The position numbers and the translations under genes are program-made. A stretch of 64,000 nt of DNA from Eledone cirrhosa (taxonomy: Eukaryota): the NCBI GenBank assembly GCA_964016885.1, contig CAXHJY010001254.1:2744-66743 (forward strand), in the 5' to 3' direction. The notes under the pieces were generated by a model. The model saw only the letters and a list, made by a program, of their open reading frames with translations. It was not told the origin of the DNA and did not search any database. Shown in pieces: positions 38,031 to 51,504 of the stretch. Numbering within the stretch: position 1 is the stretch's first letter; every line of letters starts with the position of its first letter.

Positions 38031-39413
38031 ACTACTACCACTACTAAGAGTGCACTTAAATTACTTTGTAAACCCTTTAACAACGACACATTGGAGGAAT
38101 GAAGGAGGGTGAGAGGTGTACAGAAGGAGGGACAAAGTACTGTAAAGGAATGTTACTTAAAGTAGGTTTCGTGAGATAAAGTGGCTGAATATAATTTAAT
38201 AAAATTCATTGCTTCGTTTCTAATTGAATTTTATAAGAATAAATAACATTTCTAAGGTAATTTTCATTTCATTTAATGTTTTAATTAAAATGAGAAGCAG
38301 AGATTGTCCACAAAATACAATTATGGGTTTAGAAATCGTTTAATGTACATATACACACACACACACATATATATATATATAAATGTACACCTTGACAAAA
38401 TATATTTGGGAAATATTGTAGCAGAGTTACGGTAATTTTAAGTATACCATGTTCTACCTTTACAGTAACTTCATTACATAATTAATTAAAGGTGAATAGC
38501 GAAGTATTCTACACGTGATTGTATTATTGTATCGTGAAGAAAAGATAAGAAGACACGTAAAAGTAGAGATACAAACAAAAAACGCCTTCACTTCTGAACA
38601 AAAACTGACAGTGGAAAAATACAACTGTAAAAGATAAAACAAAAATCTATTTACAGTGTTTAATAGTTAATATTATAAAATATAATTTGACGACGAGCGA
38701 AGGACCTCCGTCAATTTCGGCGATGAGTGCTCCAGTTAATGAAACAGCTTGCTTATGAAATTAACATTTAAGTGGCTGAGTATTCCACAGACGCGTGTAC
38801 CTTTAACATAATTCAGAGGAAAATTCAGCATAATGTGTGTGAGAAGACTGACCCTCTAAATAGTTTCCATCTACCCCGTTTCTACCCACAAAGCTTGGAT
38901 TAACTCTAGGCTATGTTAAATGACAGTTGCCCAACATACTACACAGTAAGATCGAACCCGCGATCTTAATGGTAGGGAAACTAACTCCTTAACTATTCCG
39001 TAGAATGTAATTTACGTGATAAAGAATAACTAAAACCAACTCCCCTCAACAATATCTAGGTTGTTCTAATAATTACTAAGGATTTTTATTTAAAAAAATA
39101 CCCGCAAATGTCAGACAGGGTGTCGACCACAGATTCGTTTGTTAGTCAATCGATTTATGCCATTGATTTAATGGCAGTCAATCAATATATAGGCGTGGTG
39201 CCTAGTTAGTTAAAGACATTTACCACCAGACTTGAAATACTGTCGACATCAACTTTGCCTTTCATCCCTCCAGTAGCAGTTAATTACTCTGACTGGTTTG
39301 TAATAATTCTTCCCAACAACCATTCTAGATGGTTCTGGAATTATAGTGTTAGAAAATTTAAATTGAATGGCGTCATTGAGTCAGGTCGTCAGGTATATGT
39401 ATGTGTGTGTATA

Positions 39414-39458
<45 letters not shown>

Positions 39459-39724
39459 TGGTGGTTAACAGTGCTGTTATTCAATGCTATACCCCCGCCA
39501 CACACTACCACCACCACCACCACCACTACAGAATATCTCCTCAGCTATATTCTATAGTAGAAGTATATCAATAATCTTCTGTCTAAAATATTCAATACCC
39601 GTGTAAAAGTTATTTCACTCTTCGGAATATTCTACATTTTAAATCACTCTGAGCCAAACTGCGGCTCGTTTCACTTTCTGAATGTCACACCTAATTTCAA
39701 AATTACCTTAACTTGTCTAGCAGT

Positions 39725-40295
39725 GTGGCCCACCCTATGATGAGCCACATCCTATGTGGCCCACCCTATGTTGAGCCACATCCTATGTGGCCCACCCTTA
39801 TGTTGAGCCACATCCTATGTGGTCCACCTTTATGATGAGCCACATCCTATGTGGTCCACCTTTATGATGAGCCACATCCTATGTGGTCCACTTTTATGAT
39901 GAGCCACATCCTATGTGGTCCACCATTATGATGAGCCACATCCTATATGGTCCACCTTTATGATGAGCCACATCCTATGTGGTCCACCTTGTGATGAGCT
40001 ACATCCTATGTGGTCCACCTTGTGATGAGCTACATCCTATGTGGTCCACCTTTATGATGAGCCACATCCTATGTGGTCCACCTTGTGATGAGCTACATCC
40101 TATGTGGTCCACCATTATGATGAGCCACATCCTATGTGGTCCACCATTATGATGAGCCACATCCTATGTGGTCCACCTTATGATGAGCTACATCCTATGT
40201 GGTCCACTTTATCAGTCACATCCTATGTGGCCCACCTTATCAGTCACATCCTATGTGGCCCACCTTATTATCAGCCACATCATATGTGGCCCACT
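39725..40295 (+). repeat. ~29-30-bp minisatellite with internal hairpin
   Basis: Unit TGATGAGCCACATCCTATGTGGTCCACCTTTA, about 19 copies. Confidence 0.9.
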
Positions 40296-40977
40296 GCGAG
40301 AAAAATGTTACCCATACCTGTTTTAAATTTTATTATTATCACCATTTAAATTTTATTATTACAGGATCGATAAAATGAAGTACCAGTGATGCACTGGGAT
40401 CGATTTAATCGACCCCCCCCCAAAAAAAAAATTTGTTGGCCTTGTGTCTAAATCAGAAGCCATCATTATTGTTGTTAGTATTGTTACTCGGTGAAACTAA
40501 AACGAGCTTTCTCCATGCTCCACTATTTCTGTTCAATTGGTGTCTGTAGTCTTTGCTGATTGTTGTGTGTAGATCTAATCAATAAAGAGAGCAACTCCAT
40601 GACAGTTCCACTTTTCTGACTGTCGACGGATGCTCCCTTCATCGAAAGATCTCATCAATTTCTTTGTCACGTGAAACTTATGGCGGCCATCTTGAAATAT
40701 AAACTGATGATAGAAATAATATCTTCATTCTTCGACATTTCCTGCGTTTTTTTTCTATTGCAACTGATATAAGTTCTGTCGATCGATTGGTCAACGTTTT
40801 GTCAGTTATATTGGAGCATTTCTGAAACAACAACAAAATATGTAAAGAAAACATGACATAAATAATTATGAAGAAAAAAAACCACATTAATAAATTACCA
40901 ATATCATTTTCTAGGCAAATATTGGACATAACTACTGGCATGTCTTTGTCAGACTTCAGTAGAGTATAGTAGTTTTC

Positions 40978-41018
<41 letters not shown>

Positions 41019-41199
41019 ACACTCTAGCCACCCGATAAAATAAATAACCAACTAGACTAAGTAGTGGGATCGATATATACGCCTGATATCCTTAAAAGTG
41101 GTGCCCCAGCATGGCCACAGCCTAATGAATGAAATCTAGAACAGCCAGCCAATATCGATGGCAGTTCGAATTAAGAATAATCTGTAATTTATGCACACG

Positions 41200-41385
41200 G
41201 CCAAAAAATTTAAGGGAAGGGGAAATATCAATTATATTGATCTCAGTATGTGACTGGTACTTTTATCGACCTCGAAAAGAAGGCAAAGTTGACCTCTACG
41301 GCGGGATTTGAACTCAGAACGTAGAAACTCTTAACTAAACACCACAAAAACATTTAGTCCGACACTCTACCGATTCTGTCAATCT
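41200..41385 (-). mobile_element. Diverged tRNA-derived SINE (related fragments ~36030-36140 and ~40365-40460)
   Basis: CTGGTACTTTTATCGACC...GGCAAAGTTGACCTC...GGGATTTGAACTCAG. Confidence 0.7.
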
Positions 41386-41429
41386 TCTGTCTTAATCCAA
41401 ATAACAGTTAGCAACTGACAGGGATTTGT

Positions 41430-41675
41430 AAATTATACGGAAAGCCGTAATAAGAGAAGCTAGTCTAAAGAGAGGAGTATTATAAAATGTATGGAAAGCA
41501 ATTGGGGTAACAAATTATACGGAAAGCCAAATGAATAAGAGATCTAAAGAGAGGGGGATTATTATATATTGTATGAAAGGCAATTGGGTAACAAATTATA
41601 CGGAAAGCCAATACAAGAAGAGAAGCTAGTCTAAAGGGAGAGTGTTATATATTGTATGGAAGGCAATTGAGGTAA
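41430..41675 (+). repeat. Three tandem ~82-bp units
   Basis: AAATTATACGGAAAGCC at ~41430, 41512 and 41594. Confidence 0.75.
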
Positions 41676-41919
41676 AAAATGTAAATTTTAAAAGAATGTC
41701 CAACTCCGAATCTATTTAAAGTAAATTACAGAGAAGTGGTAAGAAGAAGACTGTCCTGTGAATTCTTGTAGGACAACAGTAATTATTAGAGAGTAATATA
41801 ATAGACAACGTCCTTAATTTCCTGTCCACAGACTCGACCAACGATCAATGGTGAATGTAATGAAGAAAGAAATTATAGTATAAGTAGTGTCGGCATGATG
41901 GACAGAGTTCACTGACATA

Positions 41920-41986
<67 letters not shown>

Positions 41987-42050
41987 CAGGTATAACATGC
42001 ATATATGTATATATATATATATATAACAGGTATAATATGCATATATATAT

Positions 42051-43089
42051 AGGGAAATGGCCTTGCTCAGTATGTAGGAAAGGTGTAGGTAGGAACTCCA
42101 TTCTCTGCCCCAAATGCAAACAATGGGTACACAAGAGATGTAGCGGGATCTCAGGAAGCTTAATTAAGAATGTAGGCTTCACATGCAGCAGCTGTGCTGA
42201 GACAGCAAGCAGCAGACAGCCACAGGAAACAAGTACCACCAATCTCTGGGAGGGCTCTGTAGAAACAGTTGACAGCTTCTGCTACCTAGGTGACCGAATT
42301 AGCAGCGGAGGTGGGTGTTCAGAAAGTGCAATAACTAGGGTAAGGACGGGATGGAAGAAGTTTAGGGAACTACTACCACTGCTAGCTGCAAAAGGCTTCT
42401 CCCTCAGAATGAAAGGCAGACTGTATGATGCGTGTATCTGAACAGCAATGTTGCATGGTAGTGAGACCTGCTCCGATGGATGTGTAACAGTAATATACGT
42501 GAACGACAAAGCATAAATGAATTGAGAGAGAGACTGAGCATAAGAGGAATCAAATGCTGTGTGCAGGAGAGGTGGTTGCGCTGGTATGGACATGTGATGC
42601 GTATGAAAGATGACAGCTGCATAAAACGGTGCAGAGCACTAGAAGTTGATGGAAACCGCGGAGTGGGGAGACCCAAGATGACCTGGGATGAGGTGATAAA
42701 AGCCGACCTTACCCAATTACACCTCTCAAAGGCAATGACACGACCGTGACTTCTGGCGTCACGCAGTAATACAGAGTACCCGACCTCCCATGGGTACAAG
42801 CTGAAGCATATAGACAATATGCCCCCACACCCCCCACCACAAGGTGATCGTGGAGGTGCCATGGCAAAAAAGCACCCAGCCCACACTGTAAAGTGGACGT
42901 GTAGGCGCCACGAAAAAGCACCCAGCACTCACTGTAAATGAGGTTGGTGTTAGGAAGGGCATCCAGCTGTAGAGATCAGTTCCTGTATGAGCAAGGTATG
43001 GTCAGCCGACCAGACACTGCCCACAACAGGACAACCTGTCTAACCCATGCTAGCGTGGAAGAACGGACGTAAAATGATGATGATGATGA
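42051..43089 (+). mobile_element. RTE-type LINE 3' fragment with Cys-rich finger and (TGA)n tail
   Basis: WPCSVC...CPKC..WVHKRC...CSSC; FCYLG; LRWYGHV; GRPKMTW; ATGATGATG tail. Confidence 0.85.
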
Positions 43090-44995
43090 TACACATGACA
43101 CTAATACACCTACAACTTACCAAATAAAAAACAAATTAATACCACAATGGTAGACATCTCTTAAAAACAGGAAATTCTCCTTTTGGAAGATGATACAAAA
43201 CAATAACAAAGCGGAGCTCTATGAAAAATGGATTAACTCATCCCCATTAATCATCCCCCGCAAACTACAAATTAAATACATCCCAAATGAACCAAAGACA
43301 CAAAGACACCCCAGGGAAAGAATGGCACTTGATAACATAAAAACTGAAATTGAACTCCTTAAATTGAGAGCCCAAGCAAATGAAGATAGGATCAAATAAA
43401 TCGATGAGGAGATTAATCTAGCAATTATCAATATAACCAAAGACACCACCCTAGAAAATATTTCAAAATTATGGTTAGAGGACTGTAATAAGGAAGAATT
43501 AAAATCCTTTCAACACTGGGAAATAAACGAAACCTGGTTCTCTAACTATGAAACACTTTTCCAAAAAGAACACACATCCAAGAACCCCTTCATTAAAACC
43601 ATAACAAGAAAACTCAATCAACACCCAAACACCACACAACAACCAACAACAACAAAAAAACAATACCTCCCCACATACCAACAAAAGAAGGCATCACCTT
43701 GCCCCTACCTCCTACATCCTCCACACAACTACCACACGGACTCCCAAGCAACAAATATAGTAATAGAGAAACATCAGCTACAAGATAGACACAACAACTT
43801 CTCTCCCACCAGGAGAAACCATAAAACCCCCCACACTTACAACCCCCTTAACATCCCCACACAACAAACCCACAACCATCATTACTTCCAACATAGAACC
43901 CAAAATACACAACTACCACACATGTCACACAGGGCCTCACAACCACACACCAGCTATAAGGAAACCCTAATCTACCCTCCCCCACTAACCACATCCTACT
44001 ACAACACCACCAGCAGGGGACAATATAACCACACGAGACACCCTAACCACTACAACCACCATAGCTACACACCATATAACAGCAACAACAGGACTCAATA
44101 TGACCACACAAGACAACCCTACTACAACTACCACCAAGTCTACACACCCTACAACAACAGCAGTGCTCAACACAACCACACGATACAACCCAACTTCAAG
44201 AACCACCACAACTTCACACCCTATAACCACGTCCATCAAATCTACACACCCTACAACAACATCAGCAAGGCTCAATACAACCACACGATACAACCTAAAC
44301 TCAACAACCACCACAGCTACACACCATCTTACAACAACACAATACAACTATAAGAGACATCCAAACTTCAACAGCCATCACAACTTCCGTAATCATTTTT
44401 TAGACACAGCACACAGACACAGGAGACACAAAATGCAATAAAAATTGTCAATTTAACTTCTAAAGAATTAACAACAGACTAAATCAACATACTCTCCAAA
44501 GGTCTAAAATTTACACCAACTCCCCAACAACCAAACTACCCCCGAAATGAAGGAAGATATTGCAGAATTCTGTAGAAAACTAAGACTCAGCGAACAACTA
44601 TACAACAAATACAATGAGGATGACTCAATAGCCAGAAATAGAAGCAACTACACCCCACCAAAAGGCAAGAACAAATTCCTTGATCAATTCTGTGAACACA
44701 TTACTTATTACCCATACCACCACCTACACAGACATAAACAAAAACCAAACCCAAGCAAAAAAGAATGGAATGGTCTTAACAGTCTAAAAGACGACAAAAC
44801 CCTAACAATCAAAGAGGCAGATAAAGGGAGTGCAGTAGTCCTTATGGAGACAGATTATTACACAACTCTAGTACTCTCAACTCTAGAAAACCAAACATAT
44901 TATGAAAAGGCCCAACACTACACACAACAGAAAATAATGAGAAACCTAAAATCCCTAACAACCCTTTACAAAGAAGGCCTTACAGACAAGGAATA
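43090..44995 (+). pseudogene. 5' part of another PLE, truncated before the RT core
   Basis: IVNLTSKEL...LSKGLKFTPTP...FCRKLRL...IKEADKGSAVVLM, typical PLE N-terminus. Confidence 0.7.
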
Positions 44996-45657
44996 CAACA
45001 ACAACAATAACGGTGAAGTAAACAACAATACGTCTAGCAATCATAACAATAATAATAATGCTAATGATAGAAACAACAACAACCACCCTGATAACAACAA
45101 TAGCAACACACACAACTATGACGATAGATATAATGACAACCCCTTAGAGAAACTATTTTTCAACCCAGCTGACAAAACATATAAGATGGGTAATATCTAT
45201 CCTACGAGGTTACCCTTTAATAAAAGAGTTTGCATACCACAGCAAATAGATGACGAGACAGAGGCACAGTTCACCATAGCTAGAAATAAGATTAGACAAG
45301 TAGTAGACAGGTATACTAAGAGACAGAGCAGACCAGAGGCCCAACAACTTGGGAGGAAACCTGTAGAAGGCTTGGTTAGCCTCAAGCAGCGCACAAGGGA
45401 TGGTGAGGTAGTGTGTCTACCCACAGATAAGTCTGGTAGGATGTCAATAGATAGCATGCCGAACTACATCGAGGCTATGCAACCCCACATCACCAACACG
45501 AGCGAAGTTGCACAACAAACACACGATGGGAGAGAGAAAATCCTCAACGCTCACATGATGATGTGGACTGACATCCTAAAGCCAAGCAGCTGACATCCTA
45601 AAGCCAAGCAGACGCACTGCCAACAACTTCCAGGCGTCTAACAATGGCATACCACCC

Positions 45658-47565
45658 TTGTATGGGCTCCGCAAAGATCACAAGACAGTCGACGACCCGA
45701 CAACAGGACCACCAACAAGACCCGTATGCGGAGCTAATATAGCTAGCAACTACAGGATCTCCTACTTCCTCTCAATGGTTATATGCCCCATAATCAAGAT
45801 GTCCCCAGATGTATGTGAAAGTACAGAGGACCTCCTCAGCAGAATCAGTGAGTGCAACAAAAACAGGAGCCTATCCAACTGCATAATAGGCAGCATGTAT
45901 GTGGTGTCACTGTACCCATCCATTAACATTGATTTTGTTGTGAAAAGATGTGTGGAGATGATCATTGAGAGTGAGGTGGAGTTCTGCGACATCGACACAG
46001 ACGAACTGGGCCTCCTACTTAGACTTACCTACGACACTGACTACCTAGACAGCCATGACCTTAGATGTTTCTGCCCTAGTAGACCTATAAGAGGTAGACC
46101 CCCCACCATAACCTCAATGGCAAAAAAGACTCCCATGGGAAGGTGGATTGGGTGGATCAAAGCTATACGGACCCCCCAAAACAATGATCAGGTAAGAAAA
46201 ATGGTCGCACATGCAATAGGGGCTAGTATCAAAACTACCCTAAAGGGCCACATATTTAAGTTCAATGAGAAAATCTACACCCAAAATGAGGGAGCAGCCA
46301 TCGGCGTCAGCATAGCTGGTGATGTTGCCAACCTTTTCATGGTATGGTGGGAAAGGAGACTTAAAGATCTCCTTAATGAAAGCTCCATAGACCTCATCAT
46401 GTACTCTCGTTATGTAGACGATATCAATATAGTTATAAGAACACCCCCACTAGAGAGCACTAACAAGTTTGAGTTAGAACGTAGCACGATGGAAAGCATC
46501 CAGCAGATAGCTAATTCCATACACCAGAGTATAACTGTAACTATCGACTTCCCTTCCAAACACCCTAACAATAGACTACCTGTATTAGACACAGAACTCT
46601 GGATTAACACTATAGACGAGAGAGCCCAAATTCTCCACTCACACTATGCTAAACCCATGGCCTCCAAATACCTGATACTCAAAAACTCAGCAATGTCCAG
46701 TAGTGCTAAGTTTAATATTCTGATCGCAGATTTGGTACGAGTGATGAAGAATGTGTCCAGCATGTGTGACCCAACAGAAATGGAAAGACACATCCAACAC
46801 TTCATCAACCGCATGCAGTTCTCTGGCTACAACCAAAGAGACAGAATCAGAGTATACGAAGGAGCCATGGAGAAGTATAAGACCCTCATAGAACTGGACA
46901 TGAAAGGAATTTGCCCATTATACAGGAGCAAATCATGGAATAGCTTAGATAGGGCTAGACATAAGATAGGGAAGGCCACATCATGGTACGACAACCAGAG
47001 ATATCAGAGTATCATGTTTGTGGACGCCACCCCTAGAGGGAAATTAGCTAACCAGTGTAGAAAGGCCTTGAGAAAGACCCACTTAAAAATAAAGGTGGTA
47101 GAAAAACCAGGAACCACCATAAAATCCCTGATCAGCAAAACCTACCCTTTTAAGAAAACCCACTGTACCAATAGGAAATGTATCATATGTAAGGTGAACC
47201 CCCGGATAAACTGTAAAACTAGAAACGTAGTCTATAGCATAAGATGTACAGAGGGTACTTGCAGAAACATGACAACAACATACATAGGTGAGACAGCTCG
47301 TAGCATAGGTGAAAGGATAGACCAACACTGGGGGGAACTAAAAGGACGAAAAAACGGGTCAGTACTATACGAACATGCTAGACAACATGACGGTAACATA
47401 GACAACATAGAAATTAGAATAATATCTAAACATAGGAATGACCCAGCAGATAGGCAAATCAGAGAGGCCAGTGAAATAGAAATTAGAAGACCAAAGCTAA
47501 ACAGAAAGAATGAGTGGAACAACAACAACACCCAAACAAACAACACTGACCTAAGAGAAGTATAA
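45658..47565 (+). pseudogene. PLE-2 RT/endonuclease ORF, probably inactive
   Basis: Motif A reads SMYVVSLYPS where Asp is expected; 22-bp duplication 45568-45611 separates it from the upstream frame. Confidence 0.8.
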
Positions 47566-47828
47566 ATAAGTAAATAAAATAAAATAAGATAAATAAATAC
47601 TTACACAAGCACAATAACAACAAGCACATAAACACACACTAGTCACCCAGCAGACACAACACTATACACACTAGTCACACAGCAAACATAACACTATACA
47701 CACACGCAAACGTATGCGCAAAGAAGACAAAATAAAATAAACAAACAAGCAAATAAATAAATAAATATATAGACAGACTGAATAAAAAATGGCGTAGACA
47801 TACAACACAACAGGAGGAAAAAATATAA

Positions 47829-47870
47829 CACCACTGACGATGTTGCAGATGTGCAACGAAAGATTTATGT
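47829..47870 (+). ncRNA. HHR-like motif in PLE-2 3' region (weak stem I)
   Basis: CTGACGA-TGTTGCA-GATG-TGCAAC-GAAAGATTTA-TG. Confidence 0.5.
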
Positions 47871-48118
47871 AAATTATGTAAACTATATATATGTGTTTGT
47901 GTCTATATTGTATCTGTATTATTTTTGACCGTCGGTCAGTCAATGGCAACATTGAGGACCGAGTAAGTTAGATTGCAGATATAAAAGACAGCGAGAAGCG
48001 AAAACCAACCAAACAATGAGTGTGTTCTGTTATTAATTCTGGCAATATTACACAAATATGACCCTCCCCAAGTATAACAATATATATATATATATATAAC
48101 AGGTATAATATGCATATA

Positions 48119-48169
<51 letters not shown>

Positions 48170-48180
48170 CAGGTATAATA

Positions 48181-48225
<45 letters not shown>

Positions 48226-48226
48226 A

Positions 48227-50342
48227 ATGGGTAACCCCTTAGCAGGAGTTACCCATTACAAAATCGGCAAGTGGGTTGTTATAGCCCTAGTCTACCCCCC
48301 CCCCCCCCGGGTCATTATGGGGTTTGAGGGCGAGGTAAGTCCTACGCAATCTGTGTTTACATGCAGTAACCAGTTCATCTTTCTTGTTTAGGAGTTGGTC
48401 TGTCGAAAACAGCATTTGTAAAGTTTCCTCCGAGCATAAATTGCACGGACGGCGTCCTCCCGTGTAAGAGTTGGCTCTGGACAGTAATTTCCAAGTGAGA
48501 TCATAGGTAATGTTGTTATCCTTGAGGTCCCATATGTGGCCCGAAAGTGTAGTGGCGTGACGCCGGGCCGGGTTTCGGAAGGTATGTCTGTGTTGGTATA
48601 GCCAGGTCTTGAAGTCACATGCGGTTAATCCTATATAAGCTTTGTTGGAGGTGTCCATCCTCACGTTACACTGGTAGATCTCATTACAATCTCTGCATCT
48701 GTTGTCGAGGGGGAAAATGGATCCATCAGGAGTGTTGCATCTCCTGGTCGGCTCTCCACTGCTATTTAGGTTATTTCTTCCATAGGGGTTGAGTTTTTTG
48801 TTGTTGGAGGAGACGATGTTTTGTGCAAAGTTTGGTGTAAGAGAGTTTGATGGTATTTTTGTTAATTATGTGGTAGCGGTGTTGTAGTGGGAAGTGTTTT
48901 TCAATGAGCCTAAAGAATATTTTCCCGATAGAAGTTGTCACCTCGGCGTTGTGGGGAGGATTGAACCATGTTACATTGCGTGAGCGGCGGTGTCGCCTGC
49001 TGGTTCCGCTAATGGGAGCTGGACAGTAGGATATTTCCTCCTGGAAACCACTCCGCTTGAGGGCCTGGTTGTAATAAGGCGCATATTCATCGAATATCTG
49101 CTCATTAGCTGACAAACGGGATATGCGGAGGGAGATGTTTTTAACCAGGTTATTGGTGATGTTCCTAGGATGGTTTGACCGGCGGTGGATGTAGTGCAGG
49201 TTGTCGTTAGGTTTCCTGTATGGGTAGTACAGATCATTAGCGAGGTCGAGGGTAACGTCCAGGAAGTTTACTCGGGTCAGGGACGTTTGTAGGGTTATTT
49301 TAAATCCCCAGTCGCGGAAGAAGCTGATTAATTGTTTATGGACCCGATCTGTACTACTAGGGTTGTACCCTTTAAGGGTAAGGAGCCCATCATCACAGTA
49401 CAATCCACCGCCGAATGCAGGAAACATATCGGTGAGTTTGGCTATTAGGAAACATCCTATAAGATCTGTGACCTCAGCCGAATCCGTCGCGCCCATGCTG
49501 ACGTCGAAGGGTGAGTCGGGAGCTCTTTTTATCCATTTGGAGTTGTCAAAGAGTAAGACTGTCTTCCTGGCGTGGAGGATGATGTTTCTTTCCTGGTCGG
49601 TGATGGGCGCAAGTGTTTCGGCGAAGTCCAAGGCAGCCGTAAGTAGCGGTAAGGTGATTGAAGCATAGTAACTCTCTATGTCAAACTGGTGTCTCGTTTT
49701 TCCTCCATATTGCTGAACCAAGAGATTACTTCTTGGGTGTTGACCCATAGGCTAAGTCGGGCGTGTTGCTTAACTTTTGGTATCACGCGGTCTAGGATTT
49801 TTTTGCTGGTTCTCCCTATGTCGGACTTCGTTGGGTTTATGAGCCTGATAGAAGGTTTGCGGTCGAAATCGGATTTGTGGTCCTTCAGTGTGAAGTAGGG
49901 TGTCCATGGGTCTAGGCGACCCCGAGGCTGGAGGTAATTTGTTGTCCATCTCGATTTATGTCCTCGATGCATGAGTGGTTAGCCTTTTTATAGGTGGAGT
50001 TTAGGCTGCTCCTGATCAGTGTGTGGTATCTGTCGGGGTTGACAAAGTAGAGGTTACCAGTTTTATCCGAGTGCACCATGAAGTCGTTGGTGTTATCATA
50101 CTCTGTTAAGTTGCTACGGAGTTTTTGTAGGAAACTGTTGTGTCTGGGTTTGAATTTAATGTTCTTGACCAGTTGGAAAAGGTCATTCTCGAAGGGTAAG
50201 AGCATAGGGTTTGGAAGGGGAGATTTGTAGGTAATAAATCCAAATCTCTCCTTGGTACCGAAGTCCTGATTGTCGCAATATCTGTCGTAGAAAAAAGTCC
50301 TCCATCTAAGTCTTTTCGCAAATAGATCAATTTTTTGCTTAA
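48227..50342 (-). pseudogene. PLE-3 RT/GIY-YIG ORF, frameshifted; related to PLE-1
   Basis: LLPFENDL, DKTGN, TLKDHK, FDIESYY, SMGA, LYCDDG, WFNPP, AYIG, CNLC, LNKK, CKH. Confidence 0.88.
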
Positions 50343-51032
50343 CACATATTTATATGTGCGTGGTTTTGTATACCTATGGTAAGTGTTTTCGCGTATGCTT
50401 GTGTATGTACGTTTTTGTATGCGTGTATGTATTTATTTAATTTCTATTATTTCTGTATTGTATGTATTTACTTTGTTCTTAACTCTGACGCGGAGATTCA
50501 TTTGGTCTCCTAGTTGGAATTTTAGTCTACGACTTCTGCTATACCATTTACGTGGTTTTGTCTTTGCGTGCAATTGTTCTCCACGCTCCACATATGTCGT
50601 ATTATCTTCGTTTTTTTCGTTCATTGCCAGAGAACGTCTCTATGAACCACCTAAGAGAACATTAGTCTACGACCTCACTTATACCATAAACGTGGTTCTG
50701 TCTTTGCGCGTAATTGTTTTTCACCGCTCCTATTAATGACGTATTATATTCGTTTTTTCCCGTTCTTTGCAAGGGAACGTTTCCACAAACCAAAGTATCG
50801 TCTTCCTGTCTTCCTCCGGTTGCAACGTTTTTTGAAATATCCACTTCTGCGTTTACAGATTGACTTTGTTAGTTTCAGAAGATCCCGTTAAGGGTGAAAG
50901 CAGCGATTCTTTGCTTAAACTTTAATCTTTTATTTTAATAAATATTTGCTCTACGGTTCTTATATATTTGATATATATTTATCCTTATCGAGCCCTCTTT
51001 GGATTTTAGTCTTCAAATTTATTATTATTACT
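50341..51032 (+). mobile_element. PLE-1 family 3' UTR/pLTR with HHR variant
   Basis: Homologous to 14570-15260. Confidence 0.85.
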
Positions 51033-51168
51033 AAATATATATATATAACAGGTATAATATGCATATATGTATGTATATATATATATATATATTATATATA
51101 TGTATAACAGGTATAATATGCATATATGAATGTATATATATATATAACAGGTATAATATGCATATATG

Positions 51169-51200
<32 letters not shown>

Positions 51201-51282
51201 ACAGGTATAATATGCATCAGGTATAATATGCATATATGTATATATATATATATATCAGGTATAATATGCATGTGTATATATA

Positions 51283-51342
<60 letters not shown>

Positions 51343-51504
51343 GTATAATATGCATATATGTATGTATATATATATATATATCAGGTATAATATGCACATA
51401 TGTATATATATATATATATATATATATCAGGTATAATATGCATATATATATATATATATATATATATAACAGGTATAATATGCATATATGTATATATATA
51501 TATA

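Larger units (their letters stand above)
45130..48080 (+). mobile_element. Penelope-like element PLE-2 (RT + C-terminal GIY-YIG) with 3' UTR/pLTR
   Basis: PTDKSG, YGLRKDHK, TRPVCG, GAAIG, YVDD, LPVLD, CxxxxCxxC linker, VVY...YIGET, LNRKNEW. Confidence 0.88.

Noticed and set aside
39725-40295. CRISPR-like array of ~30-bp hairpin repeats
   Set aside because: No unique spacers, no cas genes, eukaryotic context
43922-44441. His/Asn/Tyr- and Thr-rich ORFs
   Set aside because: Low-complexity internal repeats in a PLE 5' region; no support as a host gene
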